Source: an uncultured Saprospiraceae bacterium (GTDB lineage: Bacteria > Bacteroidota > Bacteroidia > Chitinophagales > Saprospiraceae). Taken from it: DNA of 64,000 nucleotides. A model generated the notes under the pieces. That model saw only the letters and a list, made by a program, of their open reading frames with translations. It was not told where the DNA came from and did not search any database. The stretch is from contig CAZMSE010000004.1 of the NCBI GenBank assembly GCA_964568865.1, forward strand, positions 39,033 through 103,032. Reading direction: 5' to 3'. Made by a program: the position numbers and the translations under genes. Each line of letters starts with the position of its first letter. Within the stretch, counting starts at the first letter, position 1. Below are positions 33,101 through 40,620 of this stretch, in pieces.

Positions 33101-33426
33101 GTTTCTTCACCACTCCAATAGAGTATAGTCCCATTCTTTGACACAATACATGGCATTTTGGTGTCATGTATCAAATAATGGATAAATCGGGTATGGTTAT
33201 AACTTAAGCTATCCGAAGGAGGTAGCAAGTTATCCAGAGTTTTTCTTTGAATGGCTTCGGCTTTAACAAATTCCTTTATTTCCTGGTGCAGCTGATTTCT
33301 GACGAAGTGGCGATAGTCATGTTGAAAACCGGGATAGGCCCACTCATATACTTTTCCTAGAGTGAGCAGCAACAGGGCTGAAGCCCAAAGCCAGTATGAC
33401 TTGCGTAGCGCAGGGTTATTTACCAT
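30127..33426 (-). CDS. sensor histidine kinase, NtrY-like core (HAMP-HisKA-HATPase) behind a very large polytopic sensor region
   Basis: 1,099 aa. H-box AKQVAHEIKNPLTPM, N-box LNNLINNAIQA, G-boxes DNGSGIP and GTGLGL. At least 12 hydrophobic helices lie N-terminal of the HAMP linker. Confidence 0.9.
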   Translation of the reverse strand: MVNNPALRKSYWLWASALLLLTLGKVYEWAYPGFQHDYRHFVRNQLHQEIKEFVKAEAIQRKTLDNLLPPSDSLSYNHTRFIHYLIHDTKMPCIVSKNGTILYWSGEETFLKSQWVDSSVAAGFHIIKHREQYYILKKTRLNQFRQAYDLIHYQVLNSVRNAYHPLNLITRIKDGNGLLVQHPEQPKKALAILQCDADFLAPVYGNLLIIFYFLVLMLFYYPVHYVSKYFYNQNNFPWGNLFLITGVLVTASMCQWIVHQNDFYHSVLTDKLIKTKFYDYTLFEFSVFTCLFFHLSYFFYKYATLSPRILPALASYIIVLFNYLTAFFFLMIYCFLFYAVFVRSEYYFDLNNIFSLNVQHFILLFDLMVSLLAIFLITNKLTASTYSFQLEFRKRFLLFLFAAAISIPFIIQSQLQIHAMVFLLGASIIIWMQDFFMEDYQKNILWLISWIIVISILSSSLIFHFQNEKRRYVKEQLVKRYTQCLEGSEPDCLTDLIQNCSTNNFDFYYYDDRLLKFSSNVYKPNYSQSLNYLHKDSIKHIRQNNKDVLLLRPKRSQLLIITNPIESSLNGISLFSYLFTLLIVLSYIISLIHQRYPFLPEDLQISFPDRPSLKNRIQFYVILGIVISFLIIALTTVFFTRRSENQIYRENLVSKTSNLSSFLESSIRNAPHAEEAKSMLQNQIKQSSQMVDFEIKVYNNDGLEQSEPLKLAALSDVSHLLNPTYFFQYPNYSEDIVVLNKNSNPDEFLAYRNIFFNNQRISVIQVEAVASKELSYNTRLANLVNTLLNIYVFLFLIAASLATFLANSITSPLVNLTDKLRSIRLGKTNEVLEWKSEDEIGELIRNYNQMVNQLDESARLLARNERDSAWREMAKQVAHEIKNPLTPMKLSIQYLQQTLRTGSEDIKDMAQKVCATLIEQINSLSKIATEFSNFAKMPQAQSEKLILNEIVSSAHDLFRKRDDIDIHLTVPIDELYVYADKDQILRVLNNLINNAIQAIPDDRRGQILISLDSNQRNAIICVRDNGSGIPEELQPKVFLPNFTSKSSGTGLGLAMCQQIIEAANGKIYFKTVPGKGTGFFVELPLMKRMEEDQEEEINA

Positions 33427-33729
33427 GAAATATGCTGTAAAATTAATGTTTCAAACAGGATATTTTTTTTTAACCTCATGAATGCCAAAACAAGAGCAGC
33501 CAATCGTGTGCGCTCATGATAAGCAAGTATTGAATTTATATAGATTCCAATGGATTAGGCAAACAAATTCTTCCTCCGATTATTAGGACTCGTGTTAATC
33601 ACCATTTATACATTCACAGAACCTGTTGGAGCATGCGTTAGCCGGTTTGAATAGCCATACCTACTTCAGATCTGGCTTGTATTGTGAATAATGTGTTTTC
33701 ATTCAGCGACTTATCGATCGAATAAGTTG

Positions 33730-33737
33730 TAATTTTG
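33730..33737 (+). promoter_or_regulatory. candidate -7 box (TAATTTTG) of rnpB
   Basis: Exact TAnnTTTG ending 3-4 nt before the predicted P1 5' strand of RNase P RNA. Confidence 0.45.
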
Positions 33738-33740
33738 TTC

Positions 33741-34093
33741 TCCACATCCCATCGCCGGGCAATATTGCCCGGAGGAAAGTCCGGACAATGGGGGACAACC
33801 GTACCACTTAACCGGTGGCTCAGAAGAAATTCTGAAGAGATAGGGTCGCAGAAAATTACCGCCACATCTGCTGTTTATTCAGCTTATGGGTAAGGGTGAA
33901 AACGTGTGGTAAGAGCACACGCAGCGGCTGAGCAATTGGTCGTTGGGATAAACCTTGCGGATTGAAATGCCATGTATATCCTTGGTTCGAAAGAACACTT
34001 CGTCCCAAGTTGCTATGCACAAGGAGGGGTAGGCAGAGCAGATAAATGATGGGAAGCCTTCAATTGAGGTTACAGAATCCGGCTTATCGTGGA
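33741..34093 (+). ncRNA. rnpB: RNase P RNA, bacterial type A
   Basis: GGAGGAAAGUCCGGAC (33771-33786, P4 5' strand), GGGUAAGGGUGAAAACGUGUGGUAAGAGCACAC (P10-P12 region) and ACAGAAUCCGGCUUAUCG (34072-34089, P4 3' strand). UCCAC 33741-45 pairs with GUGGA 34089-93 (P1). Ends are +/- a few nt. Confidence 0.95.
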
Positions 34094-34128
34094 CCCGGGT
34101 GATCTTCGAGATTGCCCGGATTTTTTTT
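34094..34128 (+). terminator. rho-independent terminator of rnpB
   Basis: CCGGGU...GCCCGG stem (one G-U pair) with an inner AUCU/AGAU helix, followed by A+8T. Confidence 0.75.
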
Positions 34129-34271
34129 AAGAATCAGGTTTTTGAATTACGTTCTTTCTGAGGACTCAAGTTTAGTCGTGTGCATAATGTGTTGACAACA
34201 CCTTTTGGGGGATAATATTTGACCCAAGAAGTGTTTTAAAAGTTATGCGGTACCCAATAAGCTAAACTAGA

Positions 34272-35519
34272 TCATTCTTGCTCACCGCTGGAACTTTTTT
34301 GGCTACCAGAATCAAAGTTATAGCTGACCGAAAACCTCACGGTATTGGCTAGAGGGCTTCTATTGTTGGTTGTAGGGATCAGATAAGAAAGGTTCAATCC
34401 AAATACATTGTATTTCACGCCACATCCTAAGGTAAGAAACTTGCGATTGCCTTTCAATTCGTGCTCATGGAAATATCCGGCACGCACGGCAAATTGTTTG
34501 TCGTACCAATATTCCAAACCCAGCGAAAACATTAACTCTTGAGTTTCTTCTGTAAACCCGCCTGGTGCATCACTTAAAGATCCAAAGACACCTTCAAACA
34601 ATCCTTTTTCGCGGTAGTCTGCGATTTTGTTACTATCGACATCGTAATCCGCATCACCTGGTTTTCTTGGGCTGGGGATGAGGAGTTTGTTGATTTCAAT
34701 CACGGCAGTTAAAGAATTATAATCATCGAAGTTCATTTCGTATGCAGCGCCAATTGCAAGATTGGAAGGAATGAAATCTTTTACAACACCTTTGGTATAA
34801 GTGACTTTTGCTCCTAAATTTGTCAATGCCAAACCAGCGTTAAGGTAATTTCTTCGGCCACTGGCACCTAGTTTATTGCGATAAAAGAATCCTATATCCG
34901 CAGCAAAGGTTTTTGCAGTGGTAATGGTGTATGCGCCAAGAGTTCGCCCTGTAGCCAGGTTAGAATAAGCAAATTTTGCGCTTAAACTGGCGGAAAAGGC
35001 ATCTGAAAGTTTACGTGCATAACCTGCCGAGATCTCCATTTCATTGGGCTGGCCTGTGCCTATGTCTACTCCGTTTTCATCTCGGAAATCAATTTTACCC
35101 AATGAAAAGTACCGTATGGATCCTCCAACCGTTTGAAATTTGTCAAGTTGGTAAAATCCAGATGCATACAACAGATAAATGTCATCAATGCCTAGATTTC
35201 GCAACCAGGGTGAATAAGTAATGGATACTCCCATATTTTGGTCAGAAAAGGCCAATCGGGCTGCATTGTGGTGCATTGCATTTGGATCAGCCGTCAAGGC
35301 TACACCGGCATCTCCTAAACCACCAGAGCGTGTATCCGGATTAATGCGTAAAAAAGGCATTGCAGTTAAAATGGTATTTTGAAGGCAATCTCCAGTACTG
35401 TTGTCAACAATACATCCGCGATTAGGATCCCATGTTTGGCTAAAGGAGAAAGTGTAAATCAAGCTTAAAAAAATAACACAAAGACTTCGCATATTGGGCA
35501 TATAGTTCATAAGTTGCAA
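34272..35519 (-). CDS. porV: type IX secretion system outer-membrane channel/shuttle protein PorV (LptO)
   Basis: The N-terminal LTAMPFLRINPDTRSGGLGDAGVA motif and the beta-barrel pattern ending ...FSVSYNF match the PorV family. Immediately downstream of porU. The true start may be one of the in-frame Met codons down to 35492. Confidence 0.85.
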   Translation of the reverse strand: MQLMNYMPNMRSLCVIFLSLIYTFSFSQTWDPNRGCIVDNSTGDCLQNTILTAMPFLRINPDTRSGGLGDAGVALTADPNAMHHNAARLAFSDQNMGVSITYSPWLRNLGIDDIYLLYASGFYQLDKFQTVGGSIRYFSLGKIDFRDENGVDIGTGQPNEMEISAGYARKLSDAFSASLSAKFAYSNLATGRTLGAYTITTAKTFAADIGFFYRNKLGASGRRNYLNAGLALTNLGAKVTYTKGVVKDFIPSNLAIGAAYEMNFDDYNSLTAVIEINKLLIPSPRKPGDADYDVDSNKIADYREKGLFEGVFGSLSDAPGGFTEETQELMFSLGLEYWYDKQFAVRAGYFHEHELKGNRKFLTLGCGVKYNVFGLNLSYLIPTTNNRSPLANTVRFSVSYNFDSGSQKSSSGEQE

Positions 35520-35609
35520 AAATAATACGATTTTAAATATTAATATTAATAATAATATATCAGACTTGGGTATAGAAACAAAGAATAAACTCAGAATTTG
35601 GGCTTTTTA

Positions 35610-38600
35610 TTATTTGACAAGGATCAATTTTTGGAAGTCTGATGATTTTTTGATCTGGTCTTCGCCTTGTTTAAATTCCATCTGTATTCTGTAGATGTAT
35701 AATCCACTTGGAACCTGAGCGCCTAAAGTGGAAGTGCCATCCCATGGAATACTGACCACACGGAATCCGTTATTTTGAATTTTTTGGCGAATCGTGCGCA
35801 CAGGTTGCCCGGACAGGGATCGGATGTCAATTTCAATATCCATTTCCGGGACTGACCAGTTGGTATTAAACTGAAATTTTGTTTCATTATTGAATGGATT
35901 TGGGAAACAGCCTACGTTTTCCAGTCTGACCTCATTTTCATCCACGACTATAAATTCTACGGTGCCGCTACCAAAATTATTTGAAATATCCCAGGCAGTT
36001 ACCGTAATACTATGTTTGCCAGGACTTAGATTGTTCAGAGGATACAACACAGTTCCTTCCAAAGGATTGTTTAAACTTGCGGTGAAGTTTTGGTTGAGAA
36101 TTATGGGATATTGAATCTGATTATCCAACACGGCAATTAAATCGTGTCCTATGCTGTTTCCCGAAATGTTGATTCCGTTATCATCACTGATCTCGGCATA
36201 AATTTTTGGGTCCGGTCCGCAAATACTCCCGAAAATGAATTGGTTGTTGTTGATAAACACTTTCACCACAGGTGGGTTATTGTCTTTTAAGCTGTCTCTG
36301 GAGCTGCCACCTATAATCAATCTGGATTCATAACCTGCTGCATCCCGACTGATTTCATCTGTGGCATATAAACTGATCTTTCCCATCCCAAATGAATAAT
36401 TGATATCGGCGGGTATTTTAAATTGAAATGACCAGTGTCCCTGATTAACCGATACCTGGCCTTTATAGATGATGTTTTTTTGAATGGGATAATTTTCGGA
36501 AAAGGACCCGGGGTCATTGGCTTTTGTTCGGAGCTGTATTTCCTTATCAAAAACTGTTATAAATAGTTTTCCATTAAAATCACTTTTTAGCTGGTCATTT
36601 TGATCGGTCACCATTCCTTTTACTTCAACCGTTTCCAACGCCCTGAAAGTGTCCAGTGAGGTGCCAATGGGCTTTCCGTTGATGTGAGAAACTTGATTTT
36701 TCAAGAGGGGAATGGCCAATCTTTGGGAAGGGTCACCAAAAAGTAAAAACTTGCGGGAGTTGTCGAGGATATTTGAATTAGAATGTTCATTTTTAGCACG
36801 TCTCATGATTTCTCCCATAGGAAGCGGTAAACCGTTTTCAAAATTGAATAAATATTTATAAACGGACGATGTCAAATCAAAATTATCATCACTATACACC
36901 GCCCTTACCGTAGAAAAAAGTGCAAGGAAACCTCCCAAAGTACTGTGAATACCTTCTTCTCCTGCATTAGTTTTTGAGGGATCATCAAAACCATTAAACG
37001 TACAGGAAGCGACAATGACTAAGGGGAGTTTATAATAATTATCGAGCGAAGGTATTTCAGTATTTTGAAATATCCTTTCCTGTGCCAGGCCGGTGTATCC
37101 CCCGTGTCCCAGGTAATTCATGACCAGGGTACCTTTAAAGAAAGCGTCTGATATGGCTTTGTTAACTTCCGGATAGCGTTCACCGCCGGGTGTAGTCACT
37201 TGTTGATATGCATCCAGATAAATTTTTTCCTGATTGAAAACCGGCTGACTAACACTTGTTTGTTTTGCAATTATTTCAGCCTGCCCAAAATGAACGTTTG
37301 AATCCTCGTCGTCAGCAGAAAAAAGTATGTTCATTTTCCAATCGCCAAGAGTTTTTGGATCGGTGTCGTATCGAATGATTTTGTCTACAAGATTTTTTGA
37401 TTCTTCTGTATTTCGTGCACAAAGTCTACCAATGCCAATGTCCAATTGGCCTTCCAAGTCTTTGCCTTCAGCAGGATCCAAGAGTCCGAAATAATCATCT
37501 GAAGGATATGCAAATATCGGATCGATGCTTTCATCAGTTTGATAAGTCACAATAAAGTTTTGATCAGGATCCTTTTTATTTCGGTGTCTTAAATCATAAC
37601 TACCATCACCAAATAACAAGAGATACTTAAATCCAGGGTGACGCAGATACAACATTCTACACATATTGCGAATGGCGGTCGGATCTTGTGATCCGGATGA
37701 AAATTCATTATAAATTTTTCCGATTTCGACTACTGCAATATTGATTTGGTTGATCTTCTTCCGATGTTCTGCAAGACGCTCTGCTTCTTTTTCAAAATCC
37801 TTGTGATAAACAATGAGCATATCCAACTGATCTAAACTGTGCAGGTTTTGATTGGCTACAGGACCAAGATAATTGGGGGAAGGAAATGTATTGTTTTCAT
37901 CCCAGGCAACAAATTCCTTCAATGCATTTTGTGTGTTTGAGGCAAAAACATATTTTGAACCGGGCTGTAACACACCCTGGATATGTTTAATATCTAAAGG
38001 TTCTGTAATGTCCCAAATAAATAGTGGACTATTGACTTGGTCAATGGTATATGAGGTAATTTGTTGAAACCTGCTTTCCGGATCTAGTAAATACAGAGGT
38101 TTTAAATTCCAAATAAGTTTTTTCCATACTGAAATTTGAAAAAAGTCCAACCAACCTTCTGAACTAACACCCGTAAGGGTCGGGTATTGTATTTTTGCTT
38201 TGATCAAATCACTGACCGGCTGAAACGGTGAAGTTTTTATGGCCAGGTTAGCAAACCGATTAAGGCTGCTGATGGCGACCGGGGAAATGGAAGACAAAAC
38301 CCTGGTACCTTCAACCTCCGCAAAAAAAGGCTGTGAAACCGGAGCTCTTCCGGCGAAAGCAAAACTAAATTTGCCTGCACGGTTAAGGTCTGTATGATCG
38401 ATAATAAATTGATTTCCAAAATCGTATTCACGTGTATTGCTGAGTTCTTCACCATACCAATCTTTTCCAGAACCTTCGCCACCAGGGTCCAATTCCAATA
38501 GATTGACTAAGTCGTTTTCGTGTCTGACAAAATCAAACGCACCATTGCTTTGATATGTCGCAGGGCTAGCTGAATTAATACTGGCAATTCGTTTACCGGC

Positions 38601-39455
38601 AACTGTTCCATCAATTCTGAGAAAGTAGACCGATTCATCGGCATAAATGTTTTTGCGATACGTGTAATCTTCTGTAGAGGTATTGTATCGATACGTATCT
38701 GGACCAGAAGCATAAAACAACAGATAATCATTATCATCAAACACTCCATCGGATTCACCTTTAAAATATATGGCGTTTTCTTCCAGGTCGTCAATGAAGG
38801 TGTCGTTGGTCGACTCGGGCAACATTTTGCCACCATTGCCAAACAGCTGAATTTTGCGGGGATCTAGGTTTTTGGGATCTATCTTTAATTGATTGGTAAA
38901 GAAAGATTTGGAAATTTTATACAGTCCACGCCCAGGCACACTGATTTTGTGCCAAATTCCGTTGGCTAGTACAGAGGTTCTCTTAAATTCAGGGAGGGGA
39001 AGAGGACTGGCCATCGGAATGTATTCTTCCTCAATATTAAAATTTAGTAGAACGGCCAATTGATGATGATTTAATATTCTTAACGGGACCAATTCTATAT
39101 CAGTTTGAAAGTGTCCACGATTCAAATGCTCCTGGCTTCGAATTTGGTAATCATTGGTGAGAAATGATTGTAAACCTTGAATTGATGAACTGTCAATGGT
39201 AAGGATATGCTCTTGACCTACCAACAGCTTAATTTTTGAATTACCCGGGTATTGGCGAATGATGGAGTGATTAAAAACGGGCAATTGCGATTTTCCTGGC
39301 AACTTTATAGAATTTTGGAAATCAAGTAAGTCAATTGAAGGGTTTTTGGAGCGCATTATATTTTCATTCCATTGAAGCTGGAAAATATGTGTTTGCCATT
39401 GAGCATTCAGAAATTGGACTCCGAGGAATAAAAAAGAGATAATTTTGAGCTTCAT
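35610..39455 (-). CDS. porU: type IX secretion system sortase / C-terminal signal peptidase PorU (peptidase C25 family)
   Basis: About 1,281 aa. The gingipain-like catalytic pair context is NYLGHGG and LVIVASCTFNGF, and the C-terminal Ig-like CTD ends GLYIYRIQ...KLILVK. Start placed at ATG 39455 (MKLKIISFLFLGVQFLNAQ signal peptide), not the track's 39500. Confidence 0.88.
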   Translation of the reverse strand: MKLKIISFLFLGVQFLNAQWQTHIFQLQWNENIMRSKNPSIDLLDFQNSIKLPGKSQLPVFNHSIIRQYPGNSKIKLLVGQEHILTIDSSSIQGLQSFLTNDYQIRSQEHLNRGHFQTDIELVPLRILNHHQLAVLLNFNIEEEYIPMASPLPLPEFKRTSVLANGIWHKISVPGRGLYKISKSFFTNQLKIDPKNLDPRKIQLFGNGGKMLPESTNDTFIDDLEENAIYFKGESDGVFDDNDYLLFYASGPDTYRYNTSTEDYTYRKNIYADESVYFLRIDGTVAGKRIASINSASPATYQSNGAFDFVRHENDLVNLLELDPGGEGSGKDWYGEELSNTREYDFGNQFIIDHTDLNRAGKFSFAFAGRAPVSQPFFAEVEGTRVLSSISPVAISSLNRFANLAIKTSPFQPVSDLIKAKIQYPTLTGVSSEGWLDFFQISVWKKLIWNLKPLYLLDPESRFQQITSYTIDQVNSPLFIWDITEPLDIKHIQGVLQPGSKYVFASNTQNALKEFVAWDENNTFPSPNYLGPVANQNLHSLDQLDMLIVYHKDFEKEAERLAEHRKKINQINIAVVEIGKIYNEFSSGSQDPTAIRNMCRMLYLRHPGFKYLLLFGDGSYDLRHRNKKDPDQNFIVTYQTDESIDPIFAYPSDDYFGLLDPAEGKDLEGQLDIGIGRLCARNTEESKNLVDKIIRYDTDPKTLGDWKMNILFSADDEDSNVHFGQAEIIAKQTSVSQPVFNQEKIYLDAYQQVTTPGGERYPEVNKAISDAFFKGTLVMNYLGHGGYTGLAQERIFQNTEIPSLDNYYKLPLVIVASCTFNGFDDPSKTNAGEEGIHSTLGGFLALFSTVRAVYSDDNFDLTSSVYKYLFNFENGLPLPMGEIMRRAKNEHSNSNILDNSRKFLLFGDPSQRLAIPLLKNQVSHINGKPIGTSLDTFRALETVEVKGMVTDQNDQLKSDFNGKLFITVFDKEIQLRTKANDPGSFSENYPIQKNIIYKGQVSVNQGHWSFQFKIPADINYSFGMGKISLYATDEISRDAAGYESRLIIGGSSRDSLKDNNPPVVKVFINNNQFIFGSICGPDPKIYAEISDDNGINISGNSIGHDLIAVLDNQIQYPIILNQNFTASLNNPLEGTVLYPLNNLSPGKHSITVTAWDISNNFGSGTVEFIVVDENEVRLENVGCFPNPFNNETKFQFNTNWSVPEMDIEIDIRSLSGQPVRTIRQKIQNNGFRVVSIPWDGTSTLGAQVPSGLYIYRIQMEFKQGEDQIKKSSDFQKLILVK
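39440..39447 (+). promoter_or_regulatory. candidate -7 box (TAATTTTG) for porP/sprF-like and gldJ, embedded in the first codons of porU on the other strand
   Basis: Exact TAnnTTTG on the + strand, 34 nt before ATG 39481 and 64 nt before ATG 39511. Confidence 0.3.
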
Positions 39456-39488
39456 AAGTTTAATGTAAAATGGAATCTGGATGTGTAT

Positions 39489-39496
39489 CAAATATA
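39489..39496 (-). promoter_or_regulatory. candidate -7 box (TATATTTG on the minus strand) for porU-porV
   Basis: The + strand reads CAAATATA. On the minus strand this is TAnnTTTG, 34 nt upstream of porU ATG 39455, and it argues against the 39500 start. Confidence 0.3.
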
Positions 39497-39510
39497 GCAT
39501 AAACGACTGG

Positions 39511-40554
39511 ATGACCTATTTATTTCGAAGGTCTGCTCACTTTAACGTTGTGCTTAAATTGTTTTGGACCATGATGGTTGGCATAATTTCAGTGGGGGAG
39601 GGTCACTCCCAAGATCCCCTTTTTAGCCAATACTATGCGATGCCAATGCAGATCAATCCCGGATTTAGCGGTATCAGTTATGCACCCCGGATCGAATTAA
39701 TTTACAGAAACCAATGGCCGGTACTGGACCCATCAGCTCCTGCCTATGTGACTTATGCCGTTGCCTACGATCAATTTTTTAAATCGCTCAACAGCGGGAT
39801 CGGTTTTCAGTTGTTGGCTGATGATGCCGGAGGGGGACTGATTAAAACGATCAAGGGGGCTTTTACTTATGGTTATCAGGTGCAAATTAAAAGGGATCAT
39901 TTTCTCCGAGGAGGAATTGAATTAGGTTTTGTTCAAACGCGGTATGGATGGGATAAATTTGTTTTTGGTGACCAGTTGCATCCTGAGTTTGGATTATTGT
40001 CACCTGGAGGGACGCCAATTGCCAGCCAGGAGATCCGTCCGGATAAAGTGCAAACCAGTTATTTAGACATTGGCACGGGCTTGTTGTATATCAGTCCTAC
40101 GTTTAACATTGGGATTTCTGCAAAACACATCAACTCACCTTCCAATGATATCCTTAAAATTAATGCCTCCGCCTACAATGGAATTCCCATTCGCTGGGTA
40201 ATTCACGGAAGTGGAAGATGGCCCGTTGACCGAAGCAGAAAGGTCATCTTAAATCCATCAGTACTGCTGGCCAGGCAATCTTCATTTTTTCAGGCCAACC
40301 TGGGAGGCCAATTGGAATTTTCCAATTTTTTTGGCGGACTTTGGTACCGCATAGCAAAAGATCAGTCAGATGCTTTAATTACTGTTCTGGGGTTCAGAAA
40401 ACAAGCCTGGAAATTTAGTTACAGCTTTGATTATACCACCTCAGCCCTTGGGATAGGCTCTGGAGGAAGCCATGAATTGAGTATTGGCATATTTCTTGAA
40501 CGGATAAGAAAGCAGAAAGTCGATATCAGCGATTGTTTTGAAGCATTTAGATAG
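39511..40554 (+). CDS. PorP/SprF family type IX secretion system membrane protein
   Basis: The mature N-terminus SQDPLFSQYYAMPMQINPGFSGIS is the family signature (QDPxFSQYY..P..xNPAFAG). About 330 aa, beta-barrel-like. The start could be 39481 or 39511. Confidence 0.85.
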   Translation: MTYLFRRSAHFNVVLKLFWTMMVGIISVGEGHSQDPLFSQYYAMPMQINPGFSGISYAPRIELIYRNQWPVLDPSAPAYVTYAVAYDQFFKSLNSGIGFQLLADDAGGGLIKTIKGAFTYGYQVQIKRDHFLRGGIELGFVQTRYGWDKFVFGDQLHPEFGLLSPGGTPIASQEIRPDKVQTSYLDIGTGLLYISPTFNIGISAKHINSPSNDILKINASAYNGIPIRWVIHGSGRWPVDRSRKVILNPSVLLARQSSFFQANLGGQLEFSNFFGGLWYRIAKDQSDALITVLGFRKQAWKFSYSFDYTTSALGIGSGGSHELSIGIFLERIRKQKVDISDCFEAFR

Positions 40555-40588
40555 AAAAAATTCTTTTTTTAAACAATAAATTAATCTA

Positions 40589-40596
40589 TATCTTTG
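40589..40596 (+). promoter_or_regulatory. candidate -7 box (TATCTTTG) directly upstream of gldJ
   Basis: Exact TAnnTTTG 25 nt before the gldJ ATG. Confidence 0.3.
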
Positions 40597-40620
40597 TTCC
40601 CCTAAAAAGTAAGTAGTAGG

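Noticed and set aside
33638-33865. 75-aa minus-strand ORF from the track.
   Set aside because: It overlaps the RNase P RNA gene on the opposite strand, including the universally conserved GGAAAGUCCGG segment. It is an ORF-caller artefact.
34189-34201. Palindrome GTGTTGACAACAC downstream of porV.
   Set aside because: It leaves effectively no loop, so the stem would be 5 bp at most. There is no adjacent U-tract on the porV strand.
39456-39500. N-terminal extensions offered by the ORF track: porU from 39500, rplC from 11131, rplD from 11798, rplW from 12411, E2 from 49119 and the TPR protein from 63004.
   Set aside because: In each case a downstream in-frame start gives the conserved N-terminus or a proper signal peptide. 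The extension would overlap the upstream gene or a promoter box.
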